From: Hyaloraphidium curvatum SAG 235-1
Taxonomy: Eukaryota; Fungi; Monoblepharomycota
DNA: 64,000 bases
Assembly: GCA_025558095.1 (NCBI GenBank)
Contig: JAIVFI010000032.1
Location: 62,001 to 126,000, forward strand
Direction: 5' to 3'
Below are positions 23,453 through 33,894 of the stretch, one piece after another (the stretch's first letter is position 1; every line of letters starts with the position of its first letter). The notes beneath the pieces were generated by a model that was given only the letters and a program-made list of their open reading frames with translations, was not told the origin of the DNA and ran no database searches. The position numbers and the translations under genes are program-made.

Positions 23453-24599
23453 TCAGGGCGCGGCGGCAGGCACGGGCAGGTATTCGCCGTCGACGAGGCA
23501 GCCGTACCCGCAGCACAGGGTGCGCCAGGTGTCGGGGTATGTCGTCTGGACCTGGGCAAGGTACTCGCAGACGTCCCACAGGGGGTAGTACGGCTTGCCC
23601 CTGCGGGCGGGGTCAGTTTCGGACCGAAAGGGGCGCGAAGAGGGCGGACGGACCAGTATTTCCCGCAGAGCAGCACGTCGGCACGGCAGTAGCCCAGCTC
23701 GGGGTCGTAGACGGTGCCGTTGGCGTTGCAGTTGATGCGGCCCTCGGGGTAGATCTGGGGGATGCGGGTGCAGTCGCCCGTGACCGGTGGGGGCGGTGGC
23801 GGCGGTGGGGGGCGCGGGGCGACGGTGGTGGTCCGGGTGCGGGTGCGGGTGCGGGTGGCGGTAGCTAGGAAGGGGATTGATCCGGGATCAGTACGGCCGG
23901 CAAGGAAATCACTCGACGGCACACCCACTGGTCTTCCTGCTGGTCAGCATTGCCGTTGCGGGCTGGATGGGCGGGCTCCCCTGGGGCACGATCGTCATGA
24001 TCGCGAACTCGCCCGTGGCGTTCCGGCCCCAGAAGGTGACGCGGCCGCCGTCCTGGATCGAGATGCGCCGGGTGGGGATGCCCCGCCTCGGCCCGCCGTA
24101 CACGCGCATGTTGAACCAGACCTGGTTGTTGCACCTGAATTCGACCACGCCGGTGCTGACTGCGTGGTCGGAGGGCGGGATCAGGGGGCGACCAGTGCGG
24201 CGGCCCGGGAGACGCACCCATCGAGGCCACGAACGTGCAGCCGGCGGCGCGGAGGGGCTGGCTCAGCAACCGCCACGCCACCCAGCGCCGCGCGCCGTTG
24301 AGCGAGTAGACGATCCGCGGGTCGCCGTTGTCGAGGAGGAACGCCCAGCGGCCGTTGGGCGAGCCGAATCCGTCCAGAAGCGTGCGCTGGCCGGCGGCCG
24401 GAGAGTTGACCGACGCGCACAGCGGGCGGCCGGCGACAAAGTTGGCCGCGGCGACGCAGCCGGCCTGGCGCGCCCCGACGGCGTGGGAGTCGTCGGCGCC
24501 GCCCTCGAAAAGGGGCTCCTCGGCCGACGCCGCGGCGGCGAACAGCACGAGGGCCAGCGCCGCCGCGAAAAGGCGCATCAGAAACGCGCGCTCGCGCAT
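23453..24599 (-). CDS. Secreted protein: signal peptide, beta-rich domain, T/R/P linker, Cys-rich C-terminal module (possibly carbohydrate-binding)
   Basis: Signal peptide MRLFAAALALVLFAAAASA; linker ATRTRTRTRTTTVAPRPPPPPPPPP; Cys-rich region CNANGTVYDPELGYC...CGKY...YYPLWDVC...CCGYGC. Several introns are predicted. Confidence 0.6.
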
Positions 24600-25009
24600 G
24601 GTTTTTTCGGCGGGATTCCGCCGGTACGGAGGTGGGAGTAGAGCAAATGAAGTTCAGGTCTGTCGAGTCAGCCAAAGCGGGTCCGCAGTGGGTCGCCCGC
24701 CGCCCTCCGCCACATCCCCGCCACCCGAAAGCAAATGGGGACACACCGGGACGTCGTCAATGTCTCCCGCCTAGTGGGTTGGCGAACGCATGATCGATGG
24801 GTATCGTTCCCCAACGCGTGGCCAGTACAGCCAGGGGACCACAGACGTTCCCCGCCGCGGAGCGGAAGATCCCGTGCCAATTGGCGCCAATCGGTCAAAC
24901 GGTCCATTGCGGCCCCACAACCGGGCCCCGATCCATCCGGACCATCCGAAAGCACATCCAACACCCGCATCCACCCCCCGTCTTCCCGCCCGCCCCCTTT
25001 CCCCTCCCT

Positions 25010-25717
25010 TCAAAGCCTCGCGCCCCCCTCCTCGGCGTAGAACACCCTCCCCGCGATCCCCTCCGCCTCCCTCACGACCGCCAAGCACCCTCCGATCCCG
25101 CCCTCCCTATCCCCGAGCTCCGCATCCTGCAGCTCGAACAGCGCGACCTCGTGCCGCGCGAGCAGGTCCATCCGCCTGGCGTACCCCCCGGGGGCACCGG
25201 GCGCGGCTTCGTAGCGCCGGCCGAAAGCTGCCAGCCTCGCGTAGAATTCGATGTAGGGCGGCAGGATGTCCTCGTGCTGGCGCATCAGCCCCGCCCACGA
25301 ACGGACGTTGTCTCGCGCCCTGTTCCGGCCCAGCGCCTCGACCTCCTCCTGCGGGGACTCCCGCATGCCGTGGAAAAGGACGAGCGGGCGGACGATCGCG
25401 GCGACGGCGAGCTCCTGCGCCGCGAGGATGCGGAGCTTGCGGAGCACCGAGGGCAGCGCGTACGCAGAGACGTCGGGGAACGCGTGCGCGCGGGAGGCGA
25501 TGTCGAGGAAGTAGTAGTACCCTGCACGACGGAGCGGATGTCAGCCGCTGCGCCCGGCGGGGCAGGAAGCGGGCGCACCCCATCGCTCGGCCTCGTACGC
25601 CTTGAGCAGCTCCGCGGCGTACACGCGCTCGTCGAGCCGCTCGGGCAGCCCGTGCATAGAAAGCAGCGTTGGCTGCGCGCCCGTGGCGGGGTAGGCGGAG
25701 GCCACGGCGGGCTCCAT
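25010..25717 (-). CDS. Small all-helical, ferritin-like protein ending in ARL
   Basis: Intron ~25523-25578 joins KAYEAERW-GYYYF. Helical E/H pattern AAQE...ARHEVALFE. C-terminus GGARL*. Confidence 0.6.
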
Positions 25718-26044
25718 CTCGCGGGAGACGGCGGTGGTCGAAGTGGAGGTGCGGCGATCGGGCGATCACCATCCGCAATCCTATCTCGTGCCGATCTCCC
25801 CTTGCAACGGGGCCAAGAATGACCGATCGCGCACCGGCATCGCATGCCCCGCACGTCCATGCACCGCCATCGGCGCTCTTCCCGCCCCCCGCCGGCCCCA
25901 CCCCCTCCCGGACCCCCGCACGCGCATCCGGCCGACGCCTCTTTTTCCGGATGGATATCTACAACCCGCCCCGCAACGGGCGGCGCACTAGCAAGGTATC
26001 GCGTACAATCGGCACGGCAGCACCCCCGACCCCACGCTCCCGCG

Positions 26045-27073
26045 TCACGACCTCCCGTCCAGCAGCAGCAGGCTCCGCAGCACCGCGATCACCCTGTCCA
26101 CGCCGTCCGCGCGGCCGGCGGGCTTGCCGACCACCGGCACCTCCGCCGGCTCCTCGTCCGCGTCGGAATCCGAGTCGCCCGCGGGGGCGTCTGCCTCTGC
26201 GCGCGCGAGGATCGGCGGCGTGATGACGCGCCACCCGCGCATGAGCAGCGCGGGCGCCGACACGGCGAGCTCGTGCGCGTCGAACGGGCTCGCGGCGTCG
26301 GGGATCCATTCCTGCGACGCGCCGGGCGGGAGGTGCTTGCACGGCAGCGGGCTCGGCGGCATGCTCCCGGGGGTCTCGGGGCGGTCCTGCTCGGGGGACG
26401 GGGAGGGCGGGAAGGCGGCGCGCTCGAGGATGTCGACGAAGCGCGGGCGGGGGAGGGGCCGGTGCGCGGATCCCGTTCCCCGGGGGGGCGAGTGCGGGAT
26501 GGGGGCGAGGATGTCCGGGAGCGGGGGGTCCTCGGGGCGCGGGGGGCGCGAGCGCGGCGAGCGGGGGGTGAAGTAGGTGCTCAGCGGGGACGGCTGCCGC
26601 GGGTGGTTCTGCTGCGCCGAGCGGCGGCCGGGCGGCAGGCCGCCGAAGGAGATGGTGCGGCGCGGGCTGGTGGGCCCGGCCTCGTCGCCCGTCTGGAGGA
26701 GCGCGGCCTCGGCGGCGGCAAAGGCGTTGAAGCTGCCCGCGCGGCCGCGGCGCAGGATGGGCGGCGGGGTGTCGGGGCCTTCCATGCGATCGGACTCGCG
26801 GGTCGCGCGCATGCGGCGGGGGGCGGCGGCGGCGAGGCGCGCCTGCGACTCGAGCGAGCGGCACGCGGGGGAGCAGTAAAGCCCGCCCTGTGAAGCCACC
26901 GCGACCAACACCACGGGGCACACCGAGTTAAGGAAGGACAGGGCAAGCAGAGGCAGCAGAGAGGAGGAGCAAGGAGGAAGGGGGAGCGGACGAGTCAGAT
27001 CTCCTCGTTCCCCGTCCCCCGCTGCGCCCACCTGCGTCCGCTTGTCGCACACCAGGCACCAGTCCAGGTCCAT
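26045..27073 (-). CDS. Ecl1/2/3-family zinc-binding protein with disordered S/P-rich tail
   Basis: MDLDWCLVCDKRT...(intron)...GGLYCSPACRSLE matches the Ecl1 CxxC...YCSxxC motif. Confidence 0.75.
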   Translation of the reverse strand: MDLDWCLVCDKRTQVGAAGDGERGDLTRPLPLPPCSSSLLPLLALSFLNSVCPVVLVAVASQGGLYCSPACRSLESQARLAAAAPRRMRATRESDRMEGPDTPPPILRRGRAGSFNAFAAAEAALLQTGDEAGPTSPRRTISFGGLPPGRRSAQQNHPRQPSPLSTYFTPRSPRSRPPRPEDPPLPDILAPIPHSPPRGTGSAHRPLPRPRFVDILERAAFPPSPSPEQDRPETPGSMPPSPLPCKHLPPGASQEWIPDAASPFDAHELAVSAPALLMRGWRVITPPILARAEADAPAGDSDSDADEEPAEVPVVGKPAGRADGVDRVIAVLRSLLLLDGRS

Positions 27074-27784
27074 CCCGTCCTCGTCCTCTGCTTCCCGCTG
27101 CACTCAGTCCCCTCCGGTGCCCGCCGTCGTGCCGCGTGCCTGCAGGGGCGGGGTGTTAGTCACCCTCCTCTCGGAACCTCCCGGCCCCACGGGCGTGCCC
27201 GCCGCCGCCGCCCGCCGCGCCCGGCGACGCCCCCACGCCCCGCGGCCCGCGGATCCCCTTTCCCCCGGGCGCCGGGCACCCCGCGCGGCCGGGGGTCGGC
27301 GGGGCGGGCGAGCTGAGGGGCGGCGGGCGGCCCGAGCGCCCCCCGCCGGCGGCCCTGCGGTTCGGCGCGGCCGCACTCCGACAGCCCGCCGGCAGACGGC
27401 GGCGCGGCGGGCAACGGCGGGGGCGGCGGGCTGCGGCGAAACGCACCTTCCTGGAGCTGAGCTTCCGCGCGGTGGGAGACACGCCGCCCCTTGCTGCTCG
27501 GCCGCCGCGGCTCCCCGCGGACACTCGCCTCCGCGCCTCCTTCTCCTTTCCCGCGGCGTGCGGGCGGCGTCCGGAGCGTCGTCGGGGGGTTCGGGAGAAG
27601 GCCCCTGAAGTCGGCGAAGTCGGGGGTCTGGACACGTCCCAAAATGTTCGGGGCGGGGCCGCCCGTCGAGTCACCCCGGACCGATCGATCGCTTTCCCCC
27701 ATGCAGGGCTTCTTTCCGGGTTCTGGAGCGGTGGCTACATCCCTCGGCCTAATTGCATCCGCCCTCCTGCTTTCCCCCGCCCGG

Positions 27785-28336
27785 CTACCAGCGCCCCCCC
27801 GGGTGGCCGATCGGGTATCCCTGCTGCGGGGGTCTCCCGTAGTACCCCCCCTGCGGCCCCTGCGGCGGCCCCGGCGGGCCGGGAGGGCGGGGGTAGTAGT
27901 ACCCCGGTCCCGGCGGCGGCGGGTAGTACGGGTACCCCGGCGGGGGCATGCCGGCGTACGGGTAGCCGGGCGGGGGTCCCATCTGCGGGGGGCCCATCTG
28001 CTGCGGGGGCCAGGGCCCGGGGGCGGGGTACGGTTCCGGCCCGCGGGGCGGCGGGCGGGGCGGCGGCTGCGGCTGCGGCTCGGGCGATCGCGGGCGCGGG
28101 CGGGCGGCGGGGGGCTGCGAGGGCCAGGCGTGGGGGGAGGCGGGGGCGGTGGCGGCACGGGGGGAGGGGTCGATCGGCTGGCGCGGGGGCTCGGTGCGGT
28201 GCGGGGAGATGGGGGAGGGGGGCGAGAAGAAGGGGCGTTCGGGGGGCGGGGGCGGGGGCGGGAGGGGTTCCGGTTCGGGGGAGGAGTCGGGGACGACGAT
28301 GACGCCGTCGTCCGGGACCTGAAGGGCGGGCACCTC

Positions 28337-28372
<36 letters not shown>

Positions 28373-29794
28373 CGCCTCGGCCTCGACCTCCAGCTCCAGC
28401 ACCTCGACCTCGATCTCCGCCTCCCCCTCCGACTCGCCCGCCTCCTCGTCGTGCACCCCGTTGGCCAGCACCTCCGTTTTCGGCCCCCGCACCAGGCGCG
28501 GCAGGTTGTCCACCTCGCCCACCTCGGGCAAGCCCCGCAGCAGCCCGCCGTACGGGCCGACGCGGTCCCACGAGAGCAGCTGCGGCGGCTTGAACCGCCG
28601 CCTGCGCGAGCGGGGGGTCGCCGGCGCGTCGGGGGGCATGAGCAGCGCGACGAGGTCCGGGTCTGCCGCACGTGTGAGGGGGGAGGCGGTCGGGGAACGG
28701 GAGCGGGACCCACCGATCTCCATGCCGGCCTCGACGGCCTCGTCGAACCCCGTGGCCAAGGACTCGGCGGCGGCGGCGATGCGCATCCAGTTGCGCCCGC
28801 GGACGGCGGAGGAATGGACCGCCAGGCGCGCGTCCCTGGCCCCGGTCTTCAAAAGGTCAGCGCGACGAACCGCCCCGCGCCCGCGCTCGCGGCCCACCTT
28901 GACCAGATCCTCGGCCTCCTTGACGCGCACCTCGAACGCCCTCCCGATCCGCTCCACCTCGAGCCTGTACAGGCCCTCGTTGTACCTCGTCCTCCCCTCC
29001 AGCCTCGCGTCCGCCCCGTCCTCCCGCTCCCGCAGCTCCGGATGCCCCCGCCCGCCGTCGATCTGCAGCAGCTCCTCCTCGGCGTCCACGGCCTCGAGCT
29101 CGAACGCCTTCAGGTCCGCGTTCAGCGCCGCGAGGTCCCTGTGCAGCGCGTCGGCGTCGGCCGCCAGCCCGCGGAACAGCCCCGCCAGGTCCGGCGGCAG
29201 GTCTTCCACGGAGCCGGCGGCGTACCGCCCCGGATACATCGCGCGCCATCCGCGGCCCCGGCCCCGGCCGCGGCCGCGCCAGCCGCCCCTGCCGCGCCCG
29301 CGGCCCCTGCCCCGCGCCGGGGACACCGGCCTCGCGCGGGGGGCGTACGACGGGTCCGGCGGGCTCGCGGGGGGGGAGGGCGTGGGCGACGGCGGCCGGG
29401 TGACGCGGATCGAGGGCAGCGGGGAGCGGGGCTCCTTCCTTTGCTCGTGCGCGGGGGCGGGGCGGGGGGGCGAGGGGAGCGGCGGCGGCGCGTGCCGCTG
29501 CGGCGAGGCGGGCGCGCTCTGCGGGGTCATGTGCGGCGGGGGTGCCGGGGGCGGGTAGTCCGCGTAGCCGTAGTAGGCGAAGCCGGGCTGCTGCGCCGGG
29601 TGGGGCGGGCCCTGCGGGGGCGGCGGGTAGCCCGGCCAGCCGCCGTGCGGCCAGCCGTACTGCGCGGCGTGCGGCGGGTACATCTGCTGCATGTGCTGCA
29701 TCTGCTGCGGCGGCGGCTGCTGCGCCGGCCAGCCGGGTGCCGCGTGCGGCGGCCAGCCGGGATGCGGCGGCGGGCGGAAGCCGGGGTCGCCCAT
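27785..29794 (-). CDS. Pro/Gln/Tyr-rich protein with a central Sds3-like coiled coil
   Basis: Low-complexity P/Q/Y/G ends. Central segment EELLQIDGGRGHPELREREDGADARLEGRTRYNEGLYRLEVERIGRAFE resembles the HPE region of Sds3/Dep1/BRMS1. RGG-like and (EP)n tracts are present. Confidence 0.6.
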
Positions 29795-30872
29795 CGCGAC
29801 GGATGAGGGCGGGAGAAGGCGCCGGCGGGCGGGGAACGCAGAGTGCCGCGCGCGCGGATGCGGCGCGCCGTGCGGAATTGGATTTCCCGCGGCCTCTAGG
29901 CGTCCGGGGGGGCCGAGAGGGTCGCGCGCATGGGGATCGGGTCGCCGCGGTGGCGCCGCGAAAAATGCGCGCGCACCGCGATGCCCGCGTTCGCAGGAGC
30001 GCGGCGGCGGGGCGGCGGCGCGGGGGAACCGCGGGGAGGTGCGCGCCGAACGGGGGAGAAGAGGCCCGACGAGAGAGTGACGAGGTGCCGCCGTCCTCGC
30101 GCAAGAACCCCCTCGCCGCACAAGGCCACCCCACCCCGCTAATCGCGTTCGGAAAATGCGAGCGTTTATTGGAAGCACTGCTGCAAGGCCGCCGATCGCC
30201 GTCCCCGTGCCCGCCGGGCGTCGCTCGCCGCGGTCGCCGTGCCCTTGCGCCCGCAACCGGCACCGCACCCCAAGGCCGCATCCCCACGCATTTCCCGCCT
30301 CGCCGGACGTCGAAACAAACTCTGGCGTGCTCTTTGCCCCCGTCTTCAAGTGGAAGAGGTCGCCGAACCCCCGATTCTGGAGGGACAAAGTCGACTGGGT
30401 CCAGTCCAGGTTCCGCGGCTCCAGCCACCGACGGACCGCCACCGGTGCTTCAGTCCCAATCCGGGGTTCCGTCATTCGAGAAACGATATGATCAGCAGCA
30501 CTGTCCACCACACAGCCCGCGCGGATGGATCCCGATTCGGACCCGGGCTGTGGGCACGTTTGCGGGTCCTCGAGCGGAAGTTCGGGTTGGCCGGCCAAGC
30601 CGCGCGTGGACCCTTGGCGCTCCGGCCGCGGGCGAAAATCCGCACGATGGCCCGGTAACGACAGAAGCGATACGTTTTTCGATGGATGGCGGATTTCGGA
30701 AGCCCGTGGCGGCCACCATCTGCCCAATTGCTTCGGAGGGGATCGGCATCGACGCCGGCTGTCAAGCCTTGTTCGGGGACACAATGCCGATTGCGTTTTC
30801 GAGGCCTTTTTTCGCTTCGCATCATCTTTCTGCATCGCACGCCACGTCGGGCCCTTACGGCATAGATACACT

Positions 30873-33626
30873 TTAGCGCGCACCGCCCGCCGCTTCCCCG
30901 TCCCCCTCCTCCTCGGGGTCGACCTTGGGCCCGCGGTACTTTTCCGGGATATCGTAGTCGATCGCCTCCATCTCCTCCCTCAGCGCGCGGATCTCCTCCC
31001 GCAGCAGCCTCACCGACCTCGCCGGCGCCACCTCGGCCCCATCCCCCGCCCCCTCCCCGCCCGCCGTGCCCGCATCCGCGGCCGCCTCCCCGGCCCACTC
31101 CACCCCCACGTCCGTCTCGAGCACCCCCAACCTCCTCTCCAGCTCCCCCACCCTCTCCCGCAGCGGCGCCTTCCTCCCCTCCCTCCACGCCTCCACCTCC
31201 CTCCGCACAACCTCCCCGACCACCCACGGATGCGCCGCCACGATCCCGTCCGTGCCCACCCTCTCCACCGCCCTCTTCCCCGCGCCGGCATCCCCGCCCC
31301 CGACCCCGTCCTCGGCAAGCCCGCCCCCCAAGTTGCCGGAAAGCACCCTCAAAACCCACGACACCTTGTCCGCCCACCACTTCTCCCACGTCCGCCCGTT
31401 GAACGCCATCACCTCGCTCAGCGGCATCTCGTACGGCAGATGCACGCCGCACAGTTCGGCGTAGCCGCACACGTAGGCCACGCAGTTGGAACTGGTGACC
31501 TGGTACGCCACGGTGCCCCTTTCGCGGTCGCGGACGATCTTGCGGCGCACTTTTTCGGCGTCCCCGGCGTCGATCCCGATCGAGAGGCAGCGCGCGACGT
31601 TTTCCCCGCCCCTGTGCCCCCGGAGTTCATCAGCACGGGCCCCAACGGCACCGGCGCATCCGCAGCAGGCTCACCAGAACTCGCTCACGTCAGGGCTCTG
31701 CACCGCCCCCTGCCTCCTCTTGAGCGGGTACCTGAGCCACTCCCAGTACCCCCTCCCCTCGGGCCTGTACAGCCCCACGCTGACGATCCCCCCCTGCGGG
31801 TCCTTCAGCCTCAGCCAGGCGTGGTCGCCGTTGATCCGCGGGCCCAGGGGGTGCAGCAGCGCGCACACGTCGAGGACGTGCCGCCGGCCCCAGGGGGGAG
31901 GGTGGTCCGCGTCGTCGGGGAAGGTGGGGGTGCGGGTGAGGGAGACGAAGGGCGAGGGGGAGACCTGCGTCGTCGTCCTCGGCGAAGGGGGCGGCGGCGC
32001 GCGCACGCGGGTGAAGGCGGCGAGGTCCCTCCAGTCGTAGAACCCCGAATTTATGATGCCCTTGTCCGAGTACCGGCCCTTCATCTGCATCACCCCGCCC
32101 CTGCCGGGTGCGACCTCGATCTTGGGCTCGGCAAGCGGCCACGGCGTCCACTCCCCGTACAGCAGCACCGACACCTCCAGCTCCGGCGGCGGCCCCACGC
32201 GCAGGCGGTGCCGGTAAATGTACAGGTACCGCCAGAGGTGGTTGTTTGCCGCGAACTCGGCGAAGGATGGGTTGGCGCGGAGCACGCCGGGCGGGACGCC
32301 GAGCTTGCCCGCGCGCACGCGCTCCTCGAGTTCGCGACGGGCGGGATCGGCGTCGGGGCCGCGGGGGGCGCGCTTGGCGACGCCGGATGCGAGCTGCAGG
32401 GTCTGGTCCTCCATGGCCGCGGGGATGGGGGCGCCCTCGCGGCGGGCGAGGATGGAGGTGAATGTGGTGAGGACGGCGACCATGGTGGGCGCGGAGAGGC
32501 CGAGGTGGTTGCCCGACGGGTTGGGTGGGGAACGCGACCGCGGGCGGCGCAGGGGGAGCGAGGGGTCGGCGTCCGAGATGTCGGAAGGGGTGTCCGATTG
32601 GGCGGAAGACATCGAGGAGGCACGCCGTGCGGGCGGCGAGAGCAGGAAAGGGTCGGGCGAGTCGGGCGAGAGCGGCGGGGAGGTCGTGGGAGGGGAATGC
32701 GACGGATCGAGGTCCGGTCGCGGTGCCGCGTCGGGATCCGGCGTACCAGGAAGCCGCAATATCTCCCCCGCCCGTGCGCGCAGCGTGCCCACCAGATCCC
32801 CCGCTATCTTGCGCGCCTGGCGCTGCGTCCGCAGGGCGCGCGAGCGCACGCGCCCGAGGACTAGCACGGGCGCCGAGGGGTCGTACGCGGGGGGTAGCTG
32901 GAACGACGCCTCGACCAGCTGCGCGGGTACCGCGGAGCCGACCTCGGCCAGGTCGTCGAGGAATGCGGTCGGCGGGGGGCCGCCGGGCTGCGGCTGCTTG
33001 AAGTACTCGAAGTTGTGCAGCGGCAGCGAGGGCGTGGCGTAGTGCAGGTAGGCGAGGCAGCGGACCGTCGAGGCGAGCCGGGCCAGCAGCTCGCCGGTCC
33101 CCGTGCCAGCGTCCAGCTGTGCCGCGATGTAGCGCGGAACGGCGTCGGCGAGCAGCAGTCTCAGCGCCGCGCAACTCGCGCTGTCATGACCACACGGGCG
33201 CAGCTCCAGGGAGATGGTCGGCGTCCCCTTCGCCTCGTGCGGCGTCTGCGGCGGCCGGGTCCCCCACGCGGAGCGCAGGAACGGAAGCCACGCGACAAGA
33301 GCGTCGAACGCGTGCTGCAGCATGGTCCGGGCCGAGCGGGGCCGGCGCACGACGACCTCCGTCGCGCTGTCTCCCCCGTCAGCGTCCGCGTCGCTGTCCC
33401 CGCCCCCATTCGGGCCCTCCGCGTCCGACCTCCCGATGAACACGGTCGCGACCTCGTCGCGCGGGTCGGCCAGCCGGTGCTTCCGCCCTCGCCGCGCCGC
33501 TGCCAGCAGGAACGCCGCCGCCGCGTTGCTCGCCGGAGCCGGGGGAGGCGCACCGGCGAGCAGCAGCCTCGCAACCGCCCATGCCAGCAGTGCAGACGCC
33601 AGCACCGCTAAGACGACCGCGTACAT
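30873..33626 (-). CDS. Membrane-anchored hypothetical protein with a permuted papain/NlpC-P60-like C-terminal motif and a coiled coil
   Basis: N-terminal TM helix MYAVVLAVLASALLAWAVARLLL; GDHAWLRL...SVGLY...SPDVSEFW, then an intron, then YQVTSSNCVAYV; coiled coil VRLLREEIRALREEM. Confidence 0.65.
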
Positions 33627-33894
33627 GGCGGCTGCGGCGGGATTCGGGCCAGAGGATCGGAAGTTGTCCACAGTCCAGTCCGTGCGTCTGAACTCCTCTG
33701 CATGCCTTCGATGTGCCCAACATCCTCCACGAGAGCGGGCAAGTAGGATGATGCGACAAGCGAAGCTTCACTCCTCCATATATATCGACAACATACACCA
33801 GTGCCCGGAAATCCAATGGCTTCTCGCAACCGCATACTCTTTCACTCGCCCAGCACTCACGCATACCGACCACATAAAGAACGGCCCCGATTCT

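Noticed and set aside
28337-28372. (TCGGGC)n microsatellite, also (GGGTGC)n at ~23836 and a 27-bp duplication at ~40152-40207
   Set aside because: These are coding low-complexity tracts (EPEPEP, RTRTRT, APVKVEPIF x2), not CRISPR arrays or regulatory repeats.
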